DNA of 64,000 nt from an uncultured Nitrososphaerales archaeon (GCA_963713605.1 CAVQMO010000002.1:1-64000); one strand, 5' to 3'; counted from the stretch's first letter, positions 11,200-22,573 are shown. Numbers and translations: made by a program. Notes: generated by a model not told the origin, from the letters alone.

Positions 11200-12447
11200 A
11201 TGAAAGCAAATCTCATACATGGAGACTTTAATCCCTGCGGGGGTGCTGAAAGACTATCGCTTATAACTATGAAGTCATTACTGGAAGTGGGAATAGACTT
11301 TGACCTTACAACCCTGAAGAGCCCTGACATACAGAAATTAGAAAATTCATTTGGCAAAAATCTTGTTTCAGTCATGAAAAGCGCAAAGAGAGTTAATGTC
11401 ATAAACATATTAGAAGAGCTCCGCCAACAACAGCAAGGAGAACATGAAAATTATTCCTATACATACGACATTACAATTAATACAAATGGTGATGCAGCCC
11501 CTTATTATCATCCATCTTTTTCAAAGAATAGCGCTATTACTTATTGCCACTATCCCAGTACAAAATATCACATAGAATTTGAAAATACTGAATATCTAAG
11601 AACAGATCTTGGTATGACAGAAAATACTATTATTTTTTCGGATGAAAGAAACTATGAAGATATCAATAATTCAAAGAAATGTCAAGCGAAACTTCAGTTC
11701 AGCAGAAAGAGAGAATATTTTGAAATACTAAAATATGGATATTGTAATTTGATGAAAAACTCTATCGTGATTACTAATTCTGAATTTAGCCGCAAGGCAA
11801 TAGTTAACGCATTAGGATTGGAGGATATTCGCATACTCAGTCCACCAATAGATATTGAGACTTTCCGCAATAGTGCATTAATGATAAATGGTGGTGGCGG
11901 TAGTGAAAGAAGGGATATCATCCTTGTAATATCCAGAATCGCTCCTCACAAGAAAATGGAGAATGCGATTAAACTCGCAAAAATATTAAAAGATAATAAT
12001 ATTGGCAGTGAAATGAAAATTGTTGGGAATCTTTATTCTTATTTTTCGGATTATTACTCTGGCCTTAAGCAAATGATTAAAGAGCTGGGTTTGACTGATT
12101 ATGTTACATTTGAGATTAATGCTAGCTTAGATCAACTTCTTTCTATCATACAAGAATCCAGGGTATATTTTCATCCAATGGTGGGAGAACATTTTGGCAT
12201 GTCTGTAATAGAAGCAATAGCAGCTGGACTAATCGCAGTGGTTCCAGATGAAGGAGGCGTTACAGAGTTTGTTTCACAAGAGTATCAATATAATACATTA
12301 CAACAAGCTGCGGAAATTATAATGCATGTTCTTAATAATGTGCATAAGACAGAGCGAATTAAGATAGGCAAGGATATAGACAAATTCTCAAATTCTCATT
12401 ATATTGCGGGATTTCGGACAATATTAAATGAATTAGCGGCATTCTAA
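11200..12447 (+). CDS. GT4 glycosyltransferase (ALG11-like)
   Basis: GGAERL, YCHYP, TNSEFS, EHFGMSVIEA motifs. Confidence 0.9.
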   Translation: MKANLIHGDFNPCGGAERLSLITMKSLLEVGIDFDLTTLKSPDIQKLENSFGKNLVSVMKSAKRVNVINILEELRQQQQGEHENYSYTYDITINTNGDAAPYYHPSFSKNSAITYCHYPSTKYHIEFENTEYLRTDLGMTENTIIFSDERNYEDINNSKKCQAKLQFSRKREYFEILKYGYCNLMKNSIVITNSEFSRKAIVNALGLEDIRILSPPIDIETFRNSALMINGGGGSERRDIILVISRIAPHKKMENAIKLAKILKDNNIGSEMKIVGNLYSYFSDYYSGLKQMIKELGLTDYVTFEINASLDQLLSIIQESRVYFHPMVGEHFGMSVIEAIAAGLIAVVPDEGGVTEFVSQEYQYNTLQQAAEIIMHVLNNVHKTERIKIGKDIDKFSNSHYIAGFRTILNELAAF

Positions 12448-12817
12448 GAGATATTAGTGTCATGACCTCCTTCGTGAGATAGACTAATTTGTCTCTGATT
12501 TTCTATCATAAAAGCGCTTTCAAAATACGCCAAGATCGTTCCTGGTACATACCTTTAAAGTAAAGTCTTCACTTATCAAATATCCATGCCTTCCTTTCTT
12601 ACCTCTTTCTATTGCGTAGATATCTACGCAGGGACTATGAATTCGATATTTCTTCTTGAAGTAAGTCTTCAAATGTAAAATATCACAGCATCTGTTTCAA
12701 TAGTTTGCTCAGATAGCATTTAATTTGTTATTTCGACTAGAATCACGCTAAAGCCTCTGGTTTCATCGAATAGCATACCTGCATTAAACCGCTAAATATT
12801 AAGCTGCACACGAAAGG

Positions 12818-13820
12818 ATGGAAAACGTGACTGTATACAGAGGCGACGTAAAAAGCATGTTCATCATCCCGTATCACGTAGAAAATGTTCAAGAAGAGCA
12901 GGATGAAAAAATGTTCATTACCGATACTATTGAAGGATTGTTTGCACAAACTGATGTAGACTGGAATGCCACTCTCGTAGTAGATGGGCATTCTGAAAGT
13001 ATGGTTGGAAATTATCTCCGTCATTTAAAAGAAAAGTACTATCCAAAAATTGATATCATTTTCTTAGACAGAAGTGTAGGTCCAGGAGTAGCCAGAAATC
13101 TTGCAATCATTAGAGCTATTGAACGGGGCTGCTCTATAGGTACTTTTTAATGACGCAGATGATGTATCACATCCGAAACGGTTGGAAGTTGTTAAAAGCA
13201 TATTCACAGAAAATCCTGAGGTAGACGTGGTTTATTCGACATTTGAGGTAATAGACGAAAATAATCGTCGGACTCCTAGAAATAGGATCTCTTCGCCCAT
13301 TCTGGAGATTTTAGAATCGCATGAAGAAAATCCAATAGAAGGCAGTAATATGTGGATCAAAATGGGAACAGATACTGGATATACCAATGCAACTTCCTCA
13401 ACGGCTGTCAGGGCAAAGTTTGCATACCAATGTCCATTTCCAAATGAAAGAGCATCAGAGGATTTTCACTCCTGGATGAGGATGTCTGCATTTGGGGCTG
13501 ATTTCAAATATACTCCTTTAATTCCAACAAAGTACAGAGTACTAAGCTTCATGAAATATCAGGCCTCAAGAACTAGGCTTGGTCCATCCAGTTTCAACAA
13601 AATAAAAACAAGGGTAGATTGTGACGGTTTTTCTAAGGCTATAGAGATTGCGCTTGTCAGAAATATCATCAGACCTGAGGAGATACCGATGCTTAAAGCA
13701 AGGTTCTATAAAAGATTAGCTAAATCGATGGAAAGAGAAAAAGAAAATAAATTGGCCGGCGAACTACTGAACAAAGCTAAACAGATGGAACATGAGAGTT
13801 ATATCTATATTAACCAATAG
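12818..13820 (+). pseudogene. GT2 glycosyltransferase, frameshifted at ~13140
   Basis: FIIPY, LVVDG, GPGVARN, then FNDADD in the shifted frame. Confidence 0.85.
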
Positions 13821-14230
13821 AATTCTGAAAAGTATCATGAGATGGCCCTTTGCTGCAGCTGTCAACTAGGATTAAAATGAAATCAGATAATGTTTGAACG
13901 TTAGTATTTATGAGTAGTAGTATCTATGGTCTTATTACTTGATAGTTGAAGAAGCGGGCCAATAGATCTTCCAAATGTCTTCGCTGCTAACATTAATCGA
14001 CTGACCGTCGCCTATCTTTGTCTTGTTTATTTCAAACTAAGTCACAATTATCTTTTGTTTGTCTGACTTTGTAGAATTAATTGATTAATGTAGTCTTGAG
14101 CTGTCACCGTCATGTTTCATTGACAGTAAATATTATATACTTTCATATTTTACGACAGCTAGATGACGAGACAGGTATACATGATGTAAAGAATGGTGCA
14201 ACATCTGTTTTCAATAAGATGAAAAACGTA

Positions 14231-14283
14231 ATCTAGTCATCGGCTACTGATTAATCTGATCATAGTTGGTGGTTGTCTGGGCG
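14231..14283 (+). repeat. Inverted-repeat element, leader plus left arm only
   Basis: atctagtcatcggctactgattaatctgatcatagttggtggttgt matches 58686 onward. Confidence 0.85.
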
Positions 14284-14427
14284 TAAAGCCCTCATCGCTT
14301 GGAAATATTTAATGTAGAAAATGGATGCAGCAGACTAATACTTGCTTATCGCCGAACCCAATGATTCCGACAGATGAATTAATTAACTTGTAAATATCAA
14401 TTTACTGACGTGTTGGTTTTTTCATCA

Positions 14428-14547
14428 ATGCATATTGCTTTTAATCTGCTAAAGTTTCTATTTCAATTGTTCTTTGTAATACCTGTTGGAACAGATTATT
14501 CTGCCGATCTTCTGTATGCTAAAGAGATTCTGTTGCCAATGAACTAG
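14428..14547 (+). pseudogene. 54-aa membrane microprotein, 5'-truncated copy 2
   Basis: LLKFLFQLFFVIPVGTDYSADLLYAKEILLPMN*; the family N-terminal TM segment is absent. Confidence 0.75.
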
Positions 14548-14616
14548 ATAATATAATATTGTGTTTAATAGCGTAGTATTTGTGATAATAGTGTCTCGGA
14601 CTAGAAGCTGAAGTTA

Positions 14617-15162
14617 TTACTGCCAGATTTTTACAATAACAGCATTCTCTGTAACATCGCAAGATGATTTTGTTTCAAATGCTACTTCCAACAGATATCT
14701 AGAGATCTCTTTAATTAGATACGAATACTTCCGTCCCATGTCATGCTCAATAATAATTTTATAGATACCCCCAATGACTTCAACTCTGTGTGACATCTGT
14801 GCTATTCTTAACCATGTTTCTGCAATCTCTGAGATTGATGCAATATTAAACCCTCCCCGTAGAAATAAACATACATCTACAAGATCATTCTTTGCCGTCT
14901 CCATGGCTAGCTCATTTAATTCATCATCTGTGAGTTCGTTAAGCAATTTAATTAAAAATGATTTTGGCAGATAGTATAACTTGGCATGTGCTGCCATACT
15001 ATGCCAATCAAGATATGATTTGATTATCTGGTTAACAAGTGTATTTGGAGAAATATTTCTAGTATTGGCTGCTTTACGCAGTTGCTCTAATTTCTCTTTT
15101 GATAATCGAAATGTGACGCATGTAGTAGTTGACGGCTTAGTTGATGCTGTGGCCTGCTTCAA
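14617..15162 (-). CDS. RHH-domain regulator with putative V4R-like C-terminal domain, copy 1
   Basis: TCVTFRL strand followed by helices KEKLEQLRKAA and PNTLVNQIIKSYL; TTG start. Confidence 0.8.
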   Translation of the reverse strand: MKQATASTKPSTTTCVTFRLSKEKLEQLRKAANTRNISPNTLVNQIIKSYLDWHSMAAHAKLYYLPKSFLIKLLNELTDDELNELAMETAKNDLVDVCLFLRGGFNIASISEIAETWLRIAQMSHRVEVIGGIYKIIIEHDMGRKYSYLIKEISRYLLEVAFETKSSCDVTENAVIVKIWQ

Positions 15163-15298
15163 CTCCGGCTTAGAGAATTAATTTGCCCTAATTAAAACAT
15201 TACTTCAAAACGCAAATAAAATGAGGCCAAGCATTAATTATTCTATGCAAATTATATAAACGCATACTTAGACGGTCGAATTGACGTAAGAGCCAATT

Positions 15299-15310
15299 AT
15301 TATATACTTT
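15299..15310 (+). promoter_or_regulatory. Conserved TATA-type promoter motif ATTATATACTTT
   Basis: Exact copies also at 14132, 15839, 24057, 51561 and 63636; ends 17-25 nt before the ATG of all four near-full PRC-like genes. Confidence 0.7.
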
Positions 15311-15335
15311 AATGGACAATTTTCACTGATACACC

Positions 15336-15599
15336 ATGCAATACGAAATCATCAATATTGGTGATCGATTGGGAAAGTATTATATGTTTTACAATGCTCC
15401 GGCTTTATTATCAAATCACAACAGAGACAGAGAATTTGGAACAGTGATCGCAGAAGCCAAGACTAAACTAATAGTAGTTGATGACGAAATTATCCGAGAG
15501 CACGTATACTTAATCCCCAAGACAAAAGTGGATCATTGCAGTGAAAAGCAAGTGTATTTTAATATTCCAGAGAATTCTCTGAATGAATTTGAGATTTAA
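15336..15599 (+). CDS. Stand-alone PRC-barrel/DUF2171-like small protein, copy 1
   Basis: EFGTV...LIVVD...HVYLIPKTKVDHC..KQVYF resembles the N-terminal domain of 17824-18516. Confidence 0.75.
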   Translation: MQYEIINIGDRLGKYYMFYNAPALLSNHNRDREFGTVIAEAKTKLIVVDDEIIREHVYLIPKTKVDHCSEKQVYFNIPENSLNEFEI

Positions 15600-15950
15600 T
15601 TGGTAACACCACAGTAGTTTTGCTACTTAGCTATTCCATACACAATCGTTCTAAGACCGTGGAGCTTTAATGGCGTGACCTTTTTTTGCTGTTGTAGATT
15701 CATCTATCCAACAATGACATCTAACTTTCACAAAGCATGAAAGCTCCGTTCTTGAATCACTTATGTTATAAGGCGCGTATGACATCCACCAATAGCATCT
15801 GCACGTGTCAATACAATACAATTCTCTACAATATAATGATTATATACTTTTACGAATAACTTTTAGAATGAGAGACAGCGTCACTAAGAATATGAAAGCA
15901 TATACCACAGTTAACTGGGCGGCGATAAATTATGCTTAGAGAACTATTAA

Positions 15951-16135
15951 GGGGACTTGCGCTTGTATTTATGGCTAGTTCTGTAATTATCAGCAATATC
16001 TTTCGGTACAAAATCTGACAAACCCCGGCTGCCGGCTAAGAACCTTAGTAGTAGTACACGCACAACAGCCGGGCTAGATATCCCAGCACTCGAACCTGAG
16101 TCCAATGATTCCGACTCCCAGCTCGATAGATGACT
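15951..16135 (+). repeat. Diverged ~185-bp direct repeat, copy 1 (copy 2 at ~18576-18760)
   Basis: Colinear similarity, e.g. tttatggc.agttctgtaatta, gctgccgg.taagaac, tccgactcc. Confidence 0.7.
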
Positions 16136-16289
16136 TAGATCATAAATATCATTTAGTGAGATGCCCCAGAGTTCTTTGAAAGAGTTTGAGATTTAATTGA
16201 TTTGACCCGACGCCAATCCGGCATTGATGTTGCGTGTGTCGAATTACTATAACTATAAAATGCGCGCTATACTATCCAATGACGTCGCA

Positions 16290-16370
16290 CTAAAATCTAT
16301 CTCTATTTCTAAACCAGCCTAATAAGTCCCAGAAAAACCATATGCCGAAAAGTAGCGAGAGTAGTCCCAT
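16290..16370 (-). CDS. 26-aa Trp/Phe-rich hydrophobic peptide
   Basis: MGLLSLLFGIWFFWDLLGWFRNRDRF; TTTAAATA upstream; decayed paralog at 17736-17816. Confidence 0.55.
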   Translation of the reverse strand: MGLLSLLFGIWFFWDLLGWFRNRDRF

Positions 16371-16681
16371 TGTCTTATCATAATTAACTTAATATTTAAA
16401 GCTCTCCGTAAACCCAAAGTTTCGAAAGGTTTGTCACGGAGAGAAAAATCTCCATATAAACCAGAAGACATATGGACATTTGATGACCAATCAATCTATT
16501 ATTCATTTCACCTTCACATGGCTCTGAAAGAAGAATCTTTGGAATTTGTAGCACTTTTGATTAGTATTCAACTCCATAGTGCTTGCACGTAATCATTGCT
16601 ACCGTTTTCTGGCCATTTGGTTATTTGTTCATTATCTGTCGTAAAGTATTATTACAAAAGAAGGTATAGTATTAGCAAAAA

Positions 16682-17569
16682 GTGAGACATTTTATCCCAT
16701 TGGTTGCAATGAGTGGCTTGATTCTGTTTATGATCTTTATAGATTCGTCTCGGTATCTAACTCAACAGTTCTTAGCATACAGCCAGGTTTATTTTGACTT
16801 TGGGAATTCATCTGAGGTAAGTTATAAAATATACGAAAATGTGACGGCAGGCATAAGAGTCAAGTTCCCGTCCAATTGGTCCACGCTTGAAAATTTGGGA
16901 AATATTTCAGGTAACAGCATAATAGCTGACTTTTATAATACAGGGGTCAATGGTACGCATGGCTATTCTGAAAACGCGAATGTCGTCCTATTAAATCAGA
17001 GTGAATATTTAGAGAGTCTTATGAAAAAGTATTTGACTGCTAGGTCTGGTTCGTTTGCTATTCAGCCAACTAGGCCGGTTGCTAGTATAGAAGACGCTTC
17101 TAAAACTGCCAAATTTCTAATAGATGAAACATTAAATTCTACTATTGCTAATCTAAGGCACACCTTTCGTAACGTTACTTTGCTGCAAGCTATTCCCACA
17201 GTGATATCAGGTCTGCCTGGATATCAGATTACATATTTAATAACTGACAATCAAATTGATATTAAACAAACACAAGCCTGGACTTTTAAAGATAATAAAT
17301 GGTATGTTATTACCTATTCTGTTCAACCGTCAGCACAATACAATTCAGCCACGGCTATAATTAATAGTATTGTCTTAAGACAAGTCGGCGATAATCCCTC
17401 TGTTATGAAACTTTGGGAAGGCAGATTAAATTATATGATGTTTGATTGCAATCTTTATGTTAATAACTTCTTGGCCTTCCACTGCTTACCACGTCGTGTT
17501 CATTCGTTATACGTTGTTTGCATGAAATGCATCGTTCATTCTGTTTCACTTCAATCATTTGGTAAGTAG
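16682..17569 (+). CDS. PsbP-like membrane-anchored/secreted protein
   Basis: YEN...GIRVKFPSNW, ISGLPGYQITY, WYVITYS; the C-terminal tail looks degenerate. Confidence 0.7.
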   Translation: MRHFIPLVAMSGLILFMIFIDSSRYLTQQFLAYSQVYFDFGNSSEVSYKIYENVTAGIRVKFPSNWSTLENLGNISGNSIIADFYNTGVNGTHGYSENANVVLLNQSEYLESLMKKYLTARSGSFAIQPTRPVASIEDASKTAKFLIDETLNSTIANLRHTFRNVTLLQAIPTVISGLPGYQITYLITDNQIDIKQTQAWTFKDNKWYVITYSVQPSAQYNSATAIINSIVLRQVGDNPSVMKLWEGRLNYMMFDCNLYVNNFLAFHCLPRRVHSLYVVCMKCIVHSVSLQSFGK

Positions 17570-17735
17570 AGTTAATGTACAATATTATTTGAGCAATATT
17601 AATTGAAGTTAATATTCATTGGTGGGTCTACCATAAAATCTATATTAAAATTCCATATCAATTTGCAATATTACAAAGTCTATATTCATAAGATAAAAAA
17701 AGCGACCGGAGATACTTGTTAATGGCGAGACAAGT

Positions 17736-17816
17736 CTAGAATCTACCTCTATTCTTAAACCGGTCCAATAAGTCCCAGAATAATCATATCCCCAAAAGTA
17801 GTGAGAGTGGTTCCTC
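17736..17816 (-). pseudogene. Decayed copy of the 26-aa peptide gene
   Basis: EEPLSLLLGI*LFWDLLDRFKNRGRF*. Confidence 0.55.
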
Positions 17817-17823
17817 TCAATTG

Positions 17824-18516
17824 CTAAGCTGTTGAGTCTCCACGGACTTTTACCTTTTCACTTCTTACTTCATCAGTGACTTGCCTAGTCTCTGTTACCG
17901 GTTTTTTCTTTACCGATACCTCTTCCTTTACGTACGGTTCCTTTGTTACTTTGACATGCTCATCTTTTAGTGGTATTCTAATCTCTTCCTCTGAAGTCAC
18001 TGGTTCATCACTTGGTGTTTGTTGTTGGGGGCTATCTCCGGTTACATCATGCTTCTCGACCACCAACTCTTCATGAGTCACCGGTACTTCAACAGTTTTC
18101 GTTTCGGTGACTGGTTCCTTTACTATTTTTGCTTCTCTTTCTGTTTCTGTTTTAGAGACATCTAACCTCTCACCCATGACTGGGATCCTTGTCTCGATGT
18201 CTGATGGTAATGCATCTTTGAGTGGGTTTTCATCTCTGTAATTGGTTCTGTATTCCTCGTCTGTTGGTGGTGTATTGTTTTCTTTTGTGAATAATCTATC
18301 CGCATCATCCTGGGTTATTCTGAAATGTACTTTGTCACCGTCGTACCCTTCAACTAGATATTTGGGTAAATAATAATCGTGTTTGCTTATAAGACCTTTC
18401 TTTGTGCGAACATAAGTAGTGCCGACCTCTTGTACCTCTCCTAAGTCCACGTCATCTGTGCCTCTAGCTTCTTTCTTGATAGCATCGTTCCAATCCATCT
18501 TACTTCGTGCTGTCAT
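17824..18516 (-). CDS. YsnF/AvaK-like DUF2382 protein with N-terminal PRC-like domain
   Basis: ERLDVSK, VEVPVTHEELVVE, IPLKDEHVKVTKEPYVKEEV. Confidence 0.85.
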   Translation of the reverse strand: MTARSKMDWNDAIKKEARGTDDVDLGEVQEVGTTYVRTKKGLISKHDYYLPKYLVEGYDGDKVHFRITQDDADRLFTKENNTPPTDEEYRTNYRDENPLKDALPSDIETRIPVMGERLDVSKTETEREAKIVKEPVTETKTVEVPVTHEELVVEKHDVTGDSPQQQTPSDEPVTSEEEIRIPLKDEHVKVTKEPYVKEEVSVKKKPVTETRQVTDEVRSEKVKVRGDSTA

Positions 18517-18575
18517 ACTAACTCATATGTGACATAATATATAATAGTAACATATTATGTAATGTACTGCTAACA

Positions 18576-18760
18576 GGGCTTGTGGTTGTGTTTATGGCCA
18601 GTTCTGTAATTATTAGTAGTATATCGAAGTGCAAGATCCGACAAACGCCAGCTGCCGGTTAAGAACGTTAATGGTAATGCAAGCATAGCAGACAAGCGAG
18701 ACATTCCAGCACCCGAATACGAGTCTCACGAGTCCGACTCCAAACCAACGGATATTTAAT
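18576..18760 (+). repeat. Diverged ~185-bp direct repeat, copy 2
   Basis: Colinear with 15951-16135. Confidence 0.7.
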
Positions 18761-19129
18761 CTTCAGAGTTTTTTTCAATTCGCATTTGGGGACTAAAATT
18801 GCAATGTTTGCCGATCACATAATCGATTGACCATTTCTCGAGATTAAATTAATTACGATCGCTATCATGTTCTATTAATTCTTGAAGCGATCTGAACTCT
18901 TGACTACAATCGGTGTCTCAACTAGATTTGCCCAGGAGGAATGGACACCCTGTTATGCAGTATTTCATCACACAAATAGGTAACGTAATATTTCAGACAA
19001 GCAAGTTAATAGTGCAGAATGTGGATCGAGACATGTATGTTGCTAAATCCATTTCATCCCGTTGATTTGCAAGTTTTGCACAGTGTAATGTAAAAGCCAT
19101 TTAAGCAATGTGAACACAATAGTATTCAA

Positions 19130-19273
19130 ATGACAGATCCGGTGAAAAAAATTAAGAACTCAACTCAGGATGCAGAAGCAAAATTACAGACTTCTAAAGA
19201 TCACGCAGAAGGGAAACCTAGTTCTGAAAAACTCAACAAGGCAAAGGTAAAAGTAAGAGACGCTTTGACCTAG
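19130..19273 (+). CDS. 47-aa Lys/Ala-rich hydrophilic microprotein (LEA/CsbD-like composition)
   Basis: MTDPVKKIKNSTQDAEAKLQTSKDHAEGKPSSEKLNKAKVKVRDALT; TATA-like sequence upstream, T-tract downstream. Confidence 0.6.
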   Translation: MTDPVKKIKNSTQDAEAKLQTSKDHAEGKPSSEKLNKAKVKVRDALT

Positions 19274-19448
19274 ATTTGCCATCTACCTTTTTTTGGAATC
19301 TTGATAGAATTGAGATTCTCTTGCCCCTATTGAGTATACCTATTCCTACTTATTCATAAGCAAAGAAGCTTTATAGTTGTGTCTTTTCATAAGTCTATTA
19401 TAATAAAAAACGTCTATTAATCATGTTAACCATAATATTATTAGTGTC

Positions 19449-19625
19449 ATGAGCATAGAGAAAAAGAACCCATTTAAACGGGATCAGGCGTTAAATGATG
19501 CAACCAGCGGACAAATGGGGGAAGAACCAAGACCGGAGCCATTGCCGGATCCGATACCTGATTCTGATCAAAGTCTTGAAGATTCCAAACGGAAAGCGGC
19601 TCGTAGGATTTCTAGGGACGTATAA
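19449..19625 (+). CDS. 58-aa hydrophilic microprotein, copy 1
   Basis: MSIEKKNPFKRDQALNDATSGQMGEEPRPEPLPDP...; frame preserved at 43751-43927 within a ~330-bp duplication. Confidence 0.7.
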   Translation: MSIEKKNPFKRDQALNDATSGQMGEEPRPEPLPDPIPDSDQSLEDSKRKAARRISRDV

Positions 19626-20059
19626 TAAAAACACTAACTTTCTTGTATCTCTTCGGATATTGGCACGAATATCTTTAGTTTATCATAGGTTTCGCCAGAA
19701 ACAATCAACTTAAATTCTAGTATAATTATTCGATCATAACAGATTTTCCTTTAGGTCAGTCTCTCAATTAGAAATACTTACTTCAGATGGAATCGACATC
19801 CATGATCATAATATAGATCGAGGCGAGTCAGAAAATTGAAGTGAATTAATACGAGATAAAATGCAATGGAGAGTTTATATCATAAAACAAATCTGTCATA
19901 ACATTAGAGCTTGCCTCTTGTAATGCTACTAATGAAAAAAACAGATTCAATTTAAGCTGTACAAGAATCTGGATATGGAGTAGCCAATTCTGGCGTCAGT
20001 TCCAGGGGATGAAATGCTTATGAAGTATAGAAACCCATTATAATACAGAGGAAAAATTA

Positions 20060-20401
20060 ATGTCTTATGTTTCAAGTGAACCTAATTATACAGATCGTTA
20101 CGGCGGTAATGAGAGCTCGATTAACAGAGCAGGGGATATTTCTGACGAACCACCTACTAATGAAGCAACTAATACTCAAGTAGCTTCTAAGTTAGCTAAT
20201 CTCCTGGAGGGTTTAACATTTCCTGCTACGAAGGAAAAGATAAAAGATCATATCAATAGAAAGTCTCCGACTATGGGTAATAGAATAAATGATGTATTTG
20301 AAGCTATTCAAAATAAGTTGGAAGATGGAGTTAGTTATAATTCAGTTTATGAGATAGAACAAGCAGCAGGACTTGTGAAAAAAAGAGAGGCCTACCAATA
20401 A
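20060..20401 (+). CDS. DUF2795-domain protein
   Basis: LANLLEGLTFPATKEKI...YNSVYEI. Confidence 0.75.
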   Translation: MSYVSSEPNYTDRYGGNESSINRAGDISDEPPTNEATNTQVASKLANLLEGLTFPATKEKIKDHINRKSPTMGNRINDVFEAIQNKLEDGVSYNSVYEIEQAAGLVKKREAYQ

Positions 20402-21009
20402 TAATATTTCAGAATTTTACTGGTAGTTGAAGTTGAAGGTCATCTGAATTTTCGAAGTTGTTACTTATGGTAGATAACAATAGACCCTATATTCCACGAA
20501 CTTGTTTATCATATAAAGATTGGTTAGTAATACTAACAAATGAGGATTGGCCCCTTTCTCAGTTATTTTTTAAGTATTGTCTAACTTTGACCGGATTATA
20601 ACTTTTGTTTAACTGTGTTTGCGGCTTGTTGTAGGCCATCCTTTATTTTATTGTCTGCTTAACACCCTGTGTGGAAACTCCCACGATGTAAATATACTTG
20701 TAAACCATACGAGATAACAGTATTATTGGTAGACCCTATGACTAAATTAGAACACGTGAATCTCTCCACTCAATACTTTAGATATTCCTTCAAGTCAGTG
20801 ACTTTAGACTTGCCGTAATACCCCAATCTTATAGATATATGCATCTTGACTACATGGAAGGGTAAAAATAACCTGAGACTAATGTCTCAATAGATGATTT
20901 GGAGTGAATGAGGGCGAATGCCTAAAACAGGTTGCAATAGCACGTCATGAAGTTAGGAAGTTAACTCAATCTATATAGTCGAACAAGATGTATAACTAGG
21001 TAAGAAGAA

Positions 21010-21930
21010 GTGTCTGAGGGACCTGAAGTGAGACGGGCAGCGGACAAAATCGCTGAAGCACTCTTAGGAAGATCAGTTGCAGATCTTCATTGTAAGTTCA
21101 TAACGAGTGTTTTGAAAGAAAAAATAATCGGATCCACAGTCTCGTCAGTAGATACTTATGGTAAGAATATTATCATCCATTTTTCAAGTAACATCTATCT
21201 ACGCAATCATATGATGATGTGGGGAAAATGGCGAATTTATTCAAGAACCGAGTATGATAACGGAAAAGCAAAACCACCTATACGTGTAAAGTGGAAAAAG
21301 GACTTGAATAATAATAAACTCGCTAATGTTAGCAATAAAATAGAAAATGTTGCTGTCCTCCCAGATACGGATCTAATAACAAATGTTCAGAATGATCCTA
21401 GAACTAGACTCGCACTGATCACAGATACTCATGTTATAGTTCAATTCAATGGCCCCATACTTCAATTCTCAGAGGATAATCCTTTGCATCATGAATCTAT
21501 CTCTAGATTAGGTCCAGATGCGCTAAAACCAGGTTTTGATCTTAAAGAAGCAAAAAAGAGATACAAAGAGAGAATAGAAATGAAATTAGTTGATCTCTTA
21601 TTAGACCAAACATTTGTAGCAGGCATAGGTAACAAATACAAATCAGAGATACTATTTCTACTTAAGGTCTGGCCTTTTAGACTAGCAAAAGATCTTTCTT
21701 CGTCTGAGCAAGAGAAACTATTTCAAAGGGTTCGAGGAGTGTTAAAAACAGGCTATCTAAATGCTGGACGTACGAGACCACAACAACACGGCGAAAACGG
21801 CAAATGGAATTTCAGACATTGGGTTTTTAGAAGAGCTGGCAGGCCGTGTTGGATATGTGATAAGCCCATAATAATGGATAGACATTCCAGCTCTCGCGTC
21901 ACGTTTTGGTGTCCATGTTGCCAACAGTAA
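21010..21930 (+). CDS. Fpg/Nei family DNA glycosylase
   Basis: EGPEV N-terminus, GK, LGPD, LLDQ.FVAGIGNKY H2TH motif, C-terminal C4 Zn finger; residue 2 is Ser rather than Pro. Confidence 0.9.
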   Translation: MSEGPEVRRAADKIAEALLGRSVADLHCKFITSVLKEKIIGSTVSSVDTYGKNIIIHFSSNIYLRNHMMMWGKWRIYSRTEYDNGKAKPPIRVKWKKDLNNNKLANVSNKIENVAVLPDTDLITNVQNDPRTRLALITDTHVIVQFNGPILQFSEDNPLHHESISRLGPDALKPGFDLKEAKKRYKERIEMKLVDLLLDQTFVAGIGNKYKSEILFLLKVWPFRLAKDLSSSEQEKLFQRVRGVLKTGYLNAGRTRPQQHGENGKWNFRHWVFRRAGRPCWICDKPIIMDRHSSSRVTFWCPCCQQ

Positions 21931-22112
21931 CAATGGAAATGGGATTCCAGTAAAACAAGTAGCTAGGTAGTCGGGTCAATTCCGACCAGCTATCACATAC
22001 TCAACTTACTCTTAACAGTTTTAATCATGAAGTTGTCCTGTTTTATTTCAGACGTTAATTCAAGATAGCATCATGATGCAGCTAGCTCTACGTTCACGAT
22101 AAAAGAGTATTG

Positions 22113-22523
22113 CTACCTCGAGTTTCGTTCTAGACTTTCCATAGCAAGATAATGCTCTAATCTGCCAGCCATTTCTTCATATTCAAAGATGATTCCCTTT
22201 AGCATGTGTTCAGTGCCATAGTCATTATTTTCTGATGCGTTCTTTATCCTAGCTCTAACTGCATCAATTACCTTCAGATTCACGCTAGTTTCAAAGGTTA
22301 CATAATCCTCTAATTCATAATCTCGCACCATTTTCTTCAGATTCAAATAATAATTCCAATCGTACTCGGAGCTTATATTTCCAAATACCTTCATGCCATC
22401 CCCGACAATCTTTTCTTTGAGCTGTTTGGCAAGCTTAACTGCGTTTTCAATTCCCTTTGATTTGTGTATTCTACATCCTGTAAGAATTATATCTTTTTTT
22501 TCGTCCTCCACAGAAGTTAGCAA
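22113..22523 (-). pseudogene. Chimera of a GT4 fragment and a Dps/ferritin-like C-terminal fragment
   Basis: N-half aligns to the 11200-12447 region DIIL..RI...ENAIKLAK...DYVTFE; C-half reads DYGTEHMLKGIIFEYEEMAGRLEHYL. Confidence 0.7.
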
Positions 22524-22573
22524 CTAACTAGATGAATTATTTGTTTTGCATTTTTAATGTCATATTTGTTAAG

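Noticed and set aside
19495..19713. 72-aa ORF in the supplied track
   Set aside because: The alternative frame 19449-19625 is better supported by start context and by conservation in the duplicate
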